A DNA stretch of 64,000 nt, from assembly GCA_964016885.1 (NCBI GenBank), contig OZ024756.1:8060001-8124000 (forward strand), in the 5' to 3' direction. Made by a program: the position numbers and the translations under genes. The stretch is from Eledone cirrhosa. Taxonomy: Eukaryota. Below are positions 1 through 16,300 of the stretch, one piece after another; positions within the stretch are counted from its first letter, which is position 1, and each line of letters begins with the position of its first letter. Below the pieces are notes generated by a model, which saw only the letters and a program-made list of their open reading frames with translations, was not told the DNA's origin and searched no databases.

Positions 1-2029
1 ATATAACACTCACTATATTATCTAATCTATAGTCTTATTATATCTCACCTTCTACATTATCATATATATAGTCTTACTATATATATCTCATTTCTACGTT
101 ATCTAATCTATAGTCTTACTCTATCACACTCTCTACATTATCTAATCTATAGTCTTACTATATCACACTCTCTACATTATCTAATCTATAGTGTTTCTAT
201 ATATATAACACTTTCTACATTATCTAATCTATAGTCTTACTACATCACACTTTCTACATTATCTAATATATAGTCTTACTATATCACACTCTCTACATTA
301 TCTAATCTATAGTCTTACTATATCACACTCTCTTCTACATTATCTAATCTATAGTCATAATATATCACACACTCTACATTATCTAATATATAGTTTTACT
401 ATATATATCTCACTCTCTACATTATCTAATCTAGTCTTACTATATCACACTCTCTACATTATATAATCGATAGTCTTACTATATCACACTCTCTACATAA
501 TCTAATCTATTGTCTTACTATATATATCACACTCACTAGATAATCTAATCTATAGTCTTACTATATCACACACCCTACATTATCTAATCTAGAGTCTTAC
601 TATATATATCACACTCTCTACATTATCTAATCTATAGTGTTACTATATCACACTCTCTACCTTATCTAATCTATAGTCTTACTATATCACCATCTCTACA
701 TTATCTACTCTATAATTTTACTATATATCACTCTCTACATTATCTAACCTATAGTCCTAATATATATATATCACACTCTCTACATTATCTTCATCTATAG
801 TCTTACTATATCTCACTCTCTGCACTATCTAATCTATGGTCTTACTATATTTACCTCACGATATACATTATATGATCTATAGTCTTACTATATCACACTC
901 TCTACATTATCTAATCTATCGTCTAACTATATCACAGTCTCTACATTATCTAATCTATTTTCTTACTATATCACACTCTCAAGATTATCTAATCTATAGT
1001 CTTATTATATCACACTCTCTACATTAACTAATCTATAGTCCTACTATATCACGCTCTCTATATTATGTAATCTAGGCTTACTCTATCACACTCTCTACAT
1101 TATCAAATCTATATAGTCTTACTATATAACACTCACTATATTATCTAATATATAGTCTTACTATATCTCACCTTCTACATTATCTAATATATAGTCTTAC
1201 TATATATATCTCATTTCTACATTATCTAATCTATATTCCTACTATATATATCACACTCTCTACATTGTCTAATATATAGTCTTACTATATCACACTCTCT
1301 ACATTATCTAATCTATAGTCTTACTATATCACACTCTCTACATTATCTAATCTATAGTCTTACTATATATATCACACTCTGTACATTATCTAATCTATAG
1401 TCTTACTATATCACACTCTGTACATTATCTAATCTATAGTCTTACTATATTACACTCTCTACGTTATCTGATCTAGTCTTACTATATCACACTCTCTATA
1501 TTATCTAATCTATAGTCTTACTATATATATCTCACTCTCTAAGTTATCTAATATATAGGCTTACTATATCACACTATGTACATTATCTAATCTATAGTCT
1601 TACAATATCTCACTCTCTACATTATCTAATCTATAGTCTTACTATATGACACTCACTACATTATGTAATCTATAGTCTTACTATATCACACTCTTTATAT
1701 ACTCTAATCTATAGTTCTACTATATCTCACTCTCTACGTTATCTAATCTATAGTTCTACTATATCTCACTCTCTACATTATCTAATCTATAATCTTACTA
1801 TATCTCAGTCTGAACATTATCTAATCTATAGTCTTACTATATCACACTCTCTACATTATCTAATCTACAGTCTTACTATATATATCTCACTCTCTACATT
1901 ATCTAATATATAGTCTTACTATATCACACATTCTACATTATCTGATCTATAGACTTAACATATATATCACACTCTCTACATTATCTAATCTATAGTCTTA
2001 ATATGTCACACTCTCTACATTATCTAATC

Positions 2030-5000
2030 TATAGTATTACAATGCATATCACACTTTCTACATTATTTAATCTATAGTTTTACTATATATATCACACTCA
2101 CTACATTATCTAATCTATAGTCTTAAAATATCACACTCTCTCTATTATCTAATATATAGTCTTACTATATCACAAACTCTACATTATCTAATCTATAGTC
2201 TTACTATATATATCACACTCTCTACATTATCTAATATATAATCTTAATATATCTCACTCTCTATATTATCTAATATATACACTTACTATATAACTGTCTC
2301 TAATTAATCTAATCTATATTCTTACTATACATATCACAGTCTACATTAACTAAACTATAGTTTTACTATATATATCTCACTCTCTACATTAGCTAATTTA
2401 TTGTCTTACAATATCCCACTCTCTACATTATCTAATCTATAGTCTTACTCTATATATCACATTCTCTACATTATCTGATGTATACTCTTACTATATATAT
2501 CACACTCTCTATATTATCTAATCTATAGTCTTAAAATATCACACTCTCTACATTATCTAATATATAGTCTTACTATATCTCACTCTCTACATTATCTAAT
2601 ATATTCTCTTACTATATCACAATCTCTAAATTATCTTAATTATAGTCTTACTATAAATATCACACTCATTACATTATCTAATTCATAGTCTTACTATATC
2701 ACACACTCTGCATTACCTAATCTATACTTTAATATATATATCACACTCTCTACAGTATCTAATCTATAGTCTTACTATATCTCACTCTCTACATTATCTA
2801 ATCTATAGTCTTACTATATCACACTCTCTACATTATCTAATATATAGTCTTACTATATCACACTCTCAACATTATCTAATCTATACCCTTACTATATCTT
2901 ACTCTCTTCATTATCTAATCTATAGTCTTACTATTTTACGTTCTCTACATTATCTAATCTATAGTCTTACCATATCACACTCTCTACGTTATCTAATCTA
3001 TAGTCTTATTATTTCACACTCTCTACATTATCTAATATATAGTCTTACTATATATATCTCACTCTCTACATTGTCTAATCTATAGTCTTCCTATATCACA
3101 CTCTCTACATTATCTAAACTATAGTCTTACTATATCACACTCACTACATTATCTAATCTATAGTCTTACTATATATATCACACTCTCTACATTATCTAAT
3201 CCATAGTCTTACTATATCTCACTCTCTACATTATATAATCTATAGTCTTACTATATATATCTCACTCTCTACATTATCTAATCTATAATCTTACTATATA
3301 TGTCACACTCTTTACATTATCTAATATATAGTCTTATTATATCGCACTCTCTACATTATCTATTCTATAGCCTTACTATATCACACACTCTACATTATCT
3401 AATCTATAGTATTACAATACATATCACACTCTCTACATTATCTAATGTATACTCTTACTACATATATCACACTCTCTACATTATCTAATCTATCGTCTTA
3501 AAATATAGCACTCTCTACATTATCTAATATATAGTTTTACTATATCACACTCTCTACATCATCTAATCTATAGTCTTACTATATCACACTCTCTACATTA
3601 TCTAATCTATAGTCTTACTATATATATCACACTCTCTACATGGTCTAATCTATAGTTTAACTATATATATCACACTCTCTACAGTATCTAAATTATAGTC
3701 TTACTATATCTCACTCTCTACATTATCTAATCTATAATCTTATTACATCTCACTCTCTTCATTATCTAATCTATAGTCTTACTATATTTATCTCACGCAC
3801 TAGATTATCTAATCTATTGTCTTACTATATCACACTCTCTACATTATCTAATCTATAGTCTTGCTATATCACACTCTCTACATTATCTAATCTATAGACT
3901 TACTATATCATACTCTCTACATTATGTAATATATAGTCTACTATATATATCTCACTCTCTACATTATCTAACCTATAGTCCTACTGTATCACACTCTCTA
4001 CATTTTCGAATCTTTAGTCTTAATATATAACACTCTATTCATAATCTAATCTATAGTCTTAATTTTCACACTCTCTACATTATCTGATCTATAGTCTTAC
4101 TATATATATCACACTCTGTACATTATTTAATCTATAGTCTTACTATATCTCACCTTCTACATTATCTAATCTATAGTCTTTCTATAAATATCACACTCTC
4201 TACATTATCTAATCTATAGTTTTACTATATATATCTCACTCTCTACATTATCTAATCTATAGTCTTACTATATATATCTCACTCTCTACATTATCTTATC
4301 TATAGTCTTACTATATCTCACTCTCTACATTATCTAATCTATAGTTTATATATCACACTTTCTATATTATCTAATCTATAGTCTTACTATATCTCACTCT
4401 CTACATTATCTAATCTATAGTCTTACTATATCACACTCTCTACATTATCTAATCTATAGTCTTTCTATAAATATCACACTCTCTACATCATCTAATCTAT
4501 AGTTTACTATATATATCTCACTCTCTACATTATCTAATCTATACTCTTACTATATATATCTGACTCTCTACATTATCAAATCTATAGTCTTACTATATCA
4601 CACTCTCTACATTATCTAATCTGTAGTCTTACTATATATATCACAAACTCTACATTGTCTAATCTATAATCTTATTATATATCACAATCTCTACATTATC
4701 TAATATATAGTATTATTATATCGCACTCTCTACATTATATAATGTATACTCTTACTATAAAAATCACACTCTCTACATTATCTAATCTATAGTCTTAAAA
4801 TATCTCACTCTCCACATTATCTAATATATACTCTTAATATATCACCGTCTCTAAATTATTTTCTTTATAGTATTACTATATATATCGCACTCTCTACAAT
4901 ATCTAATCTATAGTATTACAATACATATCACACTCTCTACATTATCTAATCTATAGTCTTAAAATATCACACTCTCTATATTATCTAATATATAGTCTTA

Positions 5001-7740
5001 CTATATCACAAACTCTACATTATCTAATCTATAGTCTTACTATATATATCACACTCTCTACATTATCTAATATATAATCTTAATATATCTCACTCTCTAT
5101 ATTATCTAATATATAGACTTACTATATAACTGTCTCTAATTAATCTAATCTATATTCTTACTATACATATCACAGTCTACATTAACTGAACTATAGTTTT
5201 ACTATATATATCTCACTCTCTACATTAGCTAATTTATTGTCTTACAATATCTCACTCTCTACATTATCTAATCTATAGTCTTACTCTATATATCACATTC
5301 TCTACATTATCTGATGTATACTCTTACTATATATATCACACTTTCTATATTATCTAATCTATAGTCTTAAAATATCACACTCTCTACATTATCTAATATA
5401 TAGTCTTACTATATCTCACTCTCGACATTATCTAATATATTCTCTTACTATATCACAATCTCTAAATTATCTTAATTATAGTCTTACTATAAATATCACA
5501 CTCATTACATTATCTAATTCATAGTCTTACTATATCACACTCTCTGCATTACCTAATCTATACTCTTACTATATATATCACACTCTCTACAGTATCTAAT
5601 CTATAGTCTTACTATATCTCACTGTCTACATTATCTAATCTATAGTCTTACTATATCACACTCTCAACATTATCTAATCTATACCCTTACTATATCTTAC
5701 TCTCTTCATTATCTAATCTATAGTCTTACTATTTTACGTTCTCTACATTATCTAATCTATAGTCTTAACATATCACACTCTCTACGTTATCTAATCTATA
5801 GTCTTATTATTTCACACTCTCTACATTATCTAATATATAGTCTTACTATATATATCTCACTCTCTACATTGTCTAATCTATAGTCTTCCTATATCACACT
5901 CTCTACATTATCTAAACTATAGTCTTACTATATCACACTCACTACATTATCTAATCTATAGTCTTACTATATATATCACACTCTCTACATTATCTAATCC
6001 ATAGTCTTACTATATCTCACTCTCTACATTATATAATCTATAGTCTTACTATATATATCTCACTCTCTACATTATCTAATCTATAATCTTACTATATATG
6101 TCACACTCTTTACATTATCTAATATATAGTCTTATTATATCGCACTCTCTACATTATCTATTCTATAGCCTTACTATATCACACACTCTACATTATCTAA
6201 TCTATAGTATTACAATACATATCACACTCTCTACATTATCTAATGTATACTCTTACTACATATATCACACTCTCTACATTATCTAATCTATCGTCTTAAA
6301 ATATAGCACTCTCTACATTATCTAATATATAGTTTTACTATATCACACTCTCTACATCATCTAATCTATAGTCTTACTATATCACACTCTCTACATTATC
6401 TAATCTATAGTCTTACTATATATATCACACTCTCTACATTGTCTAATCTATAGTTTAACTATATATATCACACTCTCTACAGTATCTAATTTATAGTCTT
6501 ACTATATCTCACTCTCTACATTATCTAATCTATAATCTTATTACATCTCACTCTCTTCATTATCTAATCTATAGTCTTACTATATTTATCTCACGCACTA
6601 GATTATCTAATCTATTGTCTTACTATATCACACTCTCTACATTATCTAATCTATAGTCTTGCTATATCACACTCTCTACATTATCTAATCTATAGACTTA
6701 CTATATCATACTCTCTACATTATGTAATATATAGTCTACTATATATATCTCACTCTCTACATTATCTAACCTATAGTCCTTCTGTATCACACTCTCTACA
6801 TTTTCGAATCTTTAGTCTTAATATATAACACTCTATTCATAATCTAATCTATAGTCTTACTTTTCACACTCTCTACATTATCTGATCTATAGTCTTACTA
6901 TATATATCACACTCTGTACATTATTTAATCTATAGTCTTACTATATCTCACCTTCTACATTATCTAATCTATAGTCATTCTATAAATATCACACTCTCTA
7001 CATTATCTAATCTATAGTCTTACTATATATATCTCACTCTCTACATTATCTTATCTATAGTCTTACTATATCTCACTCTCTACATTATCTAATCTATAGT
7101 TTATATATCACACTTTCTATATTATCTAATCTATAGTCTTACTATATCACACTCTCTACATTATCTAATCTATAGTCTTACTATATCACACTCTCTACAT
7201 TATCTAATCTATAGTCTTTCTATAAATATCACACTCTCTACATCATCTAATCTATAGTTTACTATATATATCTCACTCTCTACATTATCTAATCTATACT
7301 CTTACTATATATATCTGACTCTCTACATTATCAAATCTATAGTCTTACTATATCACACTCTCTACATTATCTAATCTGTAGTCTTACTATATATATCACA
7401 AACTCTACATTGTCTAATCTATAATCTTATTATATATCACACTCTCTACATTATCTAATATATAGTATTATTATATCGCACTCTCTACAATATATAATGT
7501 ATACTCTTACTATAAAAATCACACTCTCTACATTATCTAATCTATAGTCTTAAAATATCACACCCTCTACATTATCTAAAATATTGTCTTATTATATCTC
7601 ACTCTCCACATTATCTAATATATGCTCTTAATATATCACCGTCTCTAAATTATCTTCTTTATAGTATTACTATATATATCGCACTCTCTACAATATCTAA
7701 TCTATAGTATTACAATACATATCACACTCTCTACATTATC
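2030..7740 (+). repeat. Higher-order tandem duplication, 2 copies of ~2.8 kb (~2030-4910, ~4910-7740)
   Basis: Rare markers recur: TAACTGTC at 2291/5127 (offset 2836), CATTTTCGAA at 4001/6799 (2798) and CACCGTC at 4843/7637 (2794). Identical pseudo-ORFs start at 3300/6098 (2798). Confidence 0.92.
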
Positions 7741-10349
7741 TAATCTATAGTTTTACTATATATATCACACTCTCTACATTATCTAATCTAGTGTCTTAAA
7801 ATATCACACTCTCTACATTATCTAATCTATAGTTTTACTATATATGGCCCACTCTCTATATTATCTAATCTATACTCTTACTATATATATCACACTCTCT
7901 ACATTATCTAATATATAGTCTTACTATCTCACACTCTCTACATTATCTAATCTATAGTCTTACTATATCACATTTTCTACATTATCTAATATATAGACTT
8001 ACCATATCGCATGCTCTACATTATCTAATCTATAGTCTTACTATATATATCTCACTCTCTACATTATATAATCTACATTCTTACTATATCACACTCTCTA
8101 CGTTGTTTAATATAATGTCTTACTATATATCTCACACTCTACATTATTTAATCTATCGACTTACTATATCTCATTCTCTACATTATCTTATCTATAGTCT
8201 TACTATATATATCTCACTCTCTACATTATATAATCTATGGTCTTATTATATATATCACACTCTCTACATTATCTTATCTATAGTCTTACTATATATATCT
8301 CACTCTCTACATTATCTAATCTATAGTCTTACTATATATATCTCACTCTCTACATTAACTAATCTATAGTCTTACCTTATCACACTCTCTACATTATCTA
8401 ATCTATAGTTTTACTATATATATCACACTCTATACATTATCTAATATATAGTCTTACTATATCACACTCTCTACATTGTGTAATCTATAGTCTTTCTATA
8501 TTTATATCATGCTCTACATTATTTAATCTATAGTCTTACTATATCTCACTCTCTACATTATCTAATATATAGTCTCACTATATATATCTCACTCTCTACA
8601 TTATCTAAATTATAGTCTTACTATATCTCACCCTCTACATTATCTAATCTATAGTCTTACTATACATATCACACTCTCTACATTGTCTAATCTATAGTCT
8701 TACTATATATATCACACTCTCTACATTATCTAATCCATAGTCTTGCTATATATATCACACTCTCTACCTTATCTATTCTATGGCTTTTCTATATCTCACT
8801 CTCTACATTAAATAATCTATAGTGTTACTATATCACGCTCTCTACATTATCTAATATTGTCTTACCATACCACACTCTCTACATTATCTAATCCATAATC
8901 TTACTATATATATCACACTCTCTACATTATTTAATCTATAGTCTTACTATATATATCACACTCTCTACATTATCTAATCTATAGTCTTACAATATATATC
9001 ACACTTTCTACATTATCTAATCTATAGTCTTACTATATCACACTCTCTACATTATCTAATCTATAGTCTTACTATATATATCACACTCTCTACATTATCT
9101 AATTCATAGTCTTACTATATATATGAAATTCTCTACATTATCAAATCTATACTCTTACTATATATATCACACGCTCTACACTATCTAATCTATAGTGTTA
9201 CTATATATATCACACTCTCTACATTATCTAATCTATAGTCTTACTATATCACACTCTCTACATTATATAATCTATAGTCTTACTATATCACACTCTCTAC
9301 ATTATCTAATCTATAGTTTTACTATATATGGCCCACTCTCTACATTATATAATCTATAGTCTTACTATATATATCACACTCTCTACAGTATCTAATCTAT
9401 AGTCTTACTATATCTCACTCCCTACATTGTCTTATCTATAGTTTTACTATATATATCACACTCTCTACATTATCTAATCTATAGTCTTACCATATCACAC
9501 TCACTACATTATCTAATATATAGGCTTACTATATCACACTCACTACATTATCTGATCTATATTCTTACTATATCACATGCTCTACATTATCTAATCTATA
9601 ATCTTACTATATATATCACAATCTCTACGTTATCTAATATTTAGTCTTGCGATATCACACTCTCTAGATTATCTAATCTATAGGATTACTATACATATCA
9701 CACTCTCTACATTATCTAATCTATAGTATTACTATATCTCACTCTCTACATTATCTAATCTATAGTCTTACTATATCACACCCTCTACATTATCTAATCT
9801 ATAGACTTACTATATCACACTCTCTACATTGTGAAATCTATAGTCTTGCTACATTTATATCATGCTCTACATTATTTAATCTATAGTCTTACTATATCTC
9901 ACTCTCTACATTATCTAATATATAGTCTCACTATATATATCACACTCTCTACATTATCTAATCTATAGTCTTACTATATCACATTCTCTACATTATCTAA
10001 TCTATAGTCTTACTATACATATCACACTCTCTACATTATCTAATCTATAGTGTTACTATATATATCACACTCTCTACCTTATCTAATCTATGGTTTTACT
10101 ATATCACACTCTCTACATTATCTAATCTATAGTCTTACTATATCACGATATCTACATTATCTAATATTGTCTTACCATACCACACTCTCTACATTATATA
10201 ATCCATAGTCTTACTATATATATCACACTCTCTACATTATCTAATCTATAGTCTTACTATATATATCACATGCTCTACGCTATCTAATCTAAAGTCTTAC
10301 TGTATATATCACACTCTCTACAGTATCTAATCTATAGTCTTACTATATC

Positions 10350-13300
10350 ACACTCTCTACATTATCTAATCTATAATCTTACTATACATATCACACTCTC
10401 AACCTTATCATATATATGGTCTTACTATATCACACTCTCTATATTATCTAATCTATAGTCTTACTATATCACACTCTCTACATTATCTAATCTATAGTCT
10501 TAATATATATATCACACTCTCTAGATTACATAATGTATAGTCTTACTATATATATCACATTCTCTACAGTATCTAATCTATAGTCTTACTATATCTCACT
10601 CTCTACATTATCTAATCTATAGTATTACTATATCTCACTCTCTACATTACGTAATCTATAGTCTTACTATATCACACTCACTACATTATCTAATATATAG
10701 TCTTACCATATCACACTCTCTATATTATCTAATCTATAATCTTACTATATCACACTCTCTACATTATTTAATCTATAGTCTTGCTATATTTATCTCACGC
10801 TCTACATTATCTAATCCATAGTCTTACTATCTATATCACACTCTCTACATTATCTAATCCATAGTCTTACTATATATATCACAATTTCTACATTATCTAA
10901 TCTATAGTCTTACTATATATATTAGACGCTCTACACTATCTAATCTATAGTCTTACTATATCACACTCTCTACATTATTTAATCTATAGTCTTGCTATAT
11001 TTATCTCATGCTCTACATTATTTAATCTATAGTCTTATTATATCATACTCTCTATATTATCTAATATATTGTGTTACTATATCACACTCTCTACATTATC
11101 CAATCTATAGTCTTACTATATCACACTCTCAACATTTTCTAATCTATAGTCTTAATATTTATGTCACACACTCTACAGTATCTAATCTATAGTCTTACTC
11201 TTTCTCACTCTGTACATTTTCTAATCTATAGTCTTACTATATATATCACACTCTCTACATTATCTAATCTATAGTCTTGCTATATTTATCTCACGCTCTA
11301 CATTATTTAATATATAGTCTTACTATATATATCTCACTCTCTACATTATCTAATCTATAGTTTTACTATATCACACTCTCTACATTAACTAATCTATAGT
11401 CTTACTATATCATATTCTCTACATTATCTGATCTATAGTCTTACTATATTTATCTCACGCTCTACATTATTTAATCTATAGTCTCCTATATCACACTCTC
11501 TACATTAACTAATCTATAGTCTTACTATATCATATTCTCTACATTATCTGATCTATAGTCTTACTATATATATCTCACTCTCTACATTATCTAATCTATA
11601 GTCTTACTATACATATCACACTCTTTACATTCTCTAACTATAGTCTTACTATATTACACTCTCTACATTATCTAAATTATAGTCTTACTATATATATCAC
11701 ACTCTGTACATTATCTAATCTATAGTCTTACTATAGCACACTCTCTATATTATCTAATATATGGTCTTATCATATCACATTCTCTACATTATCTAATATA
11801 TAGTCTTACTATATCACACTCACTACATTATCTTATCTATAGTCTTACTATATCACACTCTCTACATTATCTAATCTATAGTCTTAATATATATATCACA
11901 CTCTCTACATTATATAAATGTATAGTCTCACTATATATATCACACTCTCTACAGTATCTAATCTATAATCTTACTATATCTCACTCTCTACATTATCTAA
12001 TGTATAGTTTTACTATATCACACTCTCTACATTATCCAATCTATAGTCTTGCTATATCACACTCACTACATTATCTAATATATAGTCTTACTATATCACA
12101 TTCACTACATTATTTAATATATAGTCGTACTATATCACACTCTCTACATTATCTAATCTATATTCTTACTATATCACACGCTCTAAATTATCTAATCTAT
12201 AATCTTACTATATATATCACACTCTCTACATAATATAATCTATGGTCTTACTATATATATCACACTCTCTATATTATCTAATCTATAATCTTACTATATA
12301 TCACACACTCTACATTATCTAATATATAGTCTTATTATATCTCACTCTCTACATTATATAATCTATAGTCTTACTATATATCTCACACTCTGTCCATTAT
12401 CTAATCTATAGTCTTACTATATCACACTCTCTAAATTATCTAATATATAGTCTTACTATATCACACTCTCTACATTATCTAATCTATAGTCTTATTATAT
12501 ATATCACGATCTCTACATTATCTAATCTATAGTCTTACTATATCACACCCTCTAGATTATCTAATCTATAGTCTTACTATATCACCCTCTCTACATTATC
12601 AAATCTATAGTCTTACTATATCACACTCTCTACATTATCTAATCTTACTATCTATATCACACTCTCTACATTATCTAATCTTACTATATATATATATCTC
12701 ACTCTCTCAATTATCTAATCTATAGTCTTACTATACATATCACACCCTCTACATTATCTAATCTATAGTCTTACTATATATATCACACACTCTACTTTAT
12801 CTAATCTATAGTCTTACTATATATATCACACTCTGTACATTATCTAATCTATAGTCTTACTATATCACACTGTCTACATTATCTAATCTATAGTCTTAAT
12901 ATTTATATCACATGCTCTACATTATCTAATCTATAGTTTTACTAGAGATATCACACTCTCTACAGTATCTAATCTATAGTCTTACTATATCACACTGACT
13001 ACATTATCTAATATATAATCTCAACATATCACACTCTCTATATTATCTAATCTATAGTCTTACTATATCACACTCGCTACATTATCTAAACTATAGTCTT
13101 ACTATATCTCACTCTCTACATTACATAATCTATAGTCTTACTATATATATATCTCACTCTCTACATTATCTAATCTATAGTCTTACTATATTTATCTCAC
13201 GCTCTACATTATTTAATCTATAGTCATCATATATCTCAATCTCTACATTATCTAATGTATTGTCTTACTATACATATCACACTCTCTACATTATCTAATC

Positions 13301-16300
13301 TATAGTCTTACTATATATATCACACTCTCTACATTACCTAATCTATTGTCTTACTATACATATCACACACTCTACATTATCTAATCTATAGTCTTACTAT
13401 ATATATCACACTCTCTACATTATCTAATCTATAGTCTTACTATATATATATCACACTCTCTACATTATCTAATCATTAGTCTTACTATATCTCACTCTCT
13501 GCATTATCTAATCTATAGTCTTACTATACCATACTCTCTACATTATCTAATATATTGTCTTACCATATCACACTCTCTACATTATCTAATCTATCATCTT
13601 ACTATACATATCACACTCTCTACATTATCTAATATATAGTCTTACTATATCACACTCTCTACATTTCCTAATCTATAGCCTTTCTATATCACACTCTCTA
13701 TATTATCTAATCTATAGTCTTAATATATATATCACACTCTCTACATTATCTAATCTATAATATTACTATATATATCACACTCTCAACATTATCTAATCTA
13801 TAATCTTACTATATATATCACACTCTCTAGATTATCTAATCTATAGTCTTACAATACATATCACACTCTCTACATTATATAATCTATAGTCTTACTATAT
13901 ATATCACACTCTCTACATTATCTAATCTATAGTCTTACAATATATACCACACTCTCTACATTATCTAACCTATAGTCTTACAATATCACACTCTCTACAT
14001 TATCTTATCTATAGTCTTACTATATCATACTCTCTACATTATCTAATCTATAGTCTTACTATATCATACTCTCTATATTATCTAATATATAGTCTTATTA
14101 TAACTCACTCTCTACATTGTATAATCTATACTCTTTCTATATCTCAATCTCTACATCATCTAATCTATAGACTTACTATATATACCACACTCTCTACATT
14201 ATCTAATCTATAGTCTTACTATATCCCTCTCTCTCTGCATTATCTAATCTATAGTCTTAATATATCACACTCTCTACATTATCTAATCTATAGTCTTACT
14301 ATATCACACTCTCTATAGTATCTAATCTATAGTCTTAATATATATATCACACTCTCTACATTATATAATCTATAGTCTTACTATATATATCACACTCTCT
14401 ACAGTATCTAATCTATAGTCTTACTATATCTCACACTCTACATTATCGAATCTATAGTCTTACTATATCACACTCACTATATTATCTAATATATAGTCTT
14501 ACTATATCACACTCTCTACATTATCTAATATATAGTCTTCCTATATCACACTCTCTAGATTATCTAATCTATACTCTTACTATATATATCACACTCTCTA
14601 CATTATCTAATATGTAGTCTTATTATATCTCACTCTCTAAATTATATAATATATAGTCTTACTATTTATATCACACTCTCAACAGTATCTAATCTATAGT
14701 CTTACTATATCACACTCTCGAAATTATCTGATCGTTAGTCTTACTATATCTCACTCTCTGCATTATCTAATCTATAGTCTTACTATATCTTACTCTCTAC
14801 GTTATCTAATCTATATTCTTACTATATCATACTCTCTATATTATCGAAGATATATTCTTACTATATCACACTCTCTACAATATTCAATCTATAGTCTTAT
14901 TGTATCCCTCCCTCTACATTATCTAATCTATAGTCTTAATATATCACACAATCTACATTATCTAATCTATAGTCTTAATAAATGTATCACATTCTCTACG
15001 TTATCTAATATATAGTCTTACTATAGATATCACACTCTCTAGATTATCTAATCTATAGTCTTACTATATCTCACTCTCTATATTATCTAATCTATAATCT
15101 TACTATATCACACTCACTACATTTTCTAATATATAATCTTGTTATATCACACTCTCTAGATTATATAATATATAGTCTTACTTTATATATCACACTCCCT
15201 ACATTATCTAATATATAGACTTTCTCTATCACACTCTCTTCATTATCTAATCTATATACTTACTATATCACACTCTCTACATTATCTAATCTATAGCCTT
15301 AATATATCTCACTCTCTACATTATATAATCTATAGTCTTACTATATCTCACTCTCTACATTATCTAATCTATAGTCTTACTATATCTCACCCTCTACATT
15401 ATTTAATATATAGTCTTACTATATCTCACTCTCTACATTATCTAACGTATAGTCTTACTATATTTATCTCACGCTCTACATTATTTAATCTATAGTCTTC
15501 CTAAATCTCACTCTCTACATTATATAATCTATAGTCTTACAATATATCTCACTCTCTATATTATCTAATCTAGTCTCACTATATATATCACACTCTCTAC
15601 ATTATATAATCTATAGTCTTAATATTTATATCACACTCTCAACCGTATAAAATCTATAGTCTTACTATATCTCACTCTCTACAGTATCTAATCGATAGTC
15701 TTACTATAGCACTCTCTCAACATTATCTAATCTATAGTCTTACTATATATATCACACTCTCTACAGTATCTAATCTATAGTCTTACTATATCGCACTCTC
15801 TACATTGTCTATTCTATAGTTTTACTATATCAAACTCTCTACATTATCTAATCTATAGTCTTACTATATCACACTCTCTACATTATCTAATATATACTCT
15901 TAATATATCTCACCCTCTACATTATCTAATATATAGTCTTAGTATATTTCACTCTCTACATTATCTAATATATAGTCTTACTATATCACACTCTCTACAT
16001 TATCTAATCTATAGTCTTACTATATCACGTTCTCTACATTATCTAATCTATAGTCTTACTATATATATCTCACTCTCTACATTATCTAATCTATAGTCTT
16101 ACTATACATATCACAATCACTACATTATATTATCTATAGTCTTACTATATATATCACACTCTCTACAGTATCTAATCTATAGTCTGACTATATCACCCTC
16201 TCTACATTATCTAATATATAGTCTTACTATATCACACTCACTACATTATATAATATATAGTCTTACCATATCACACTCTCGACATTATATAATCTATAGT

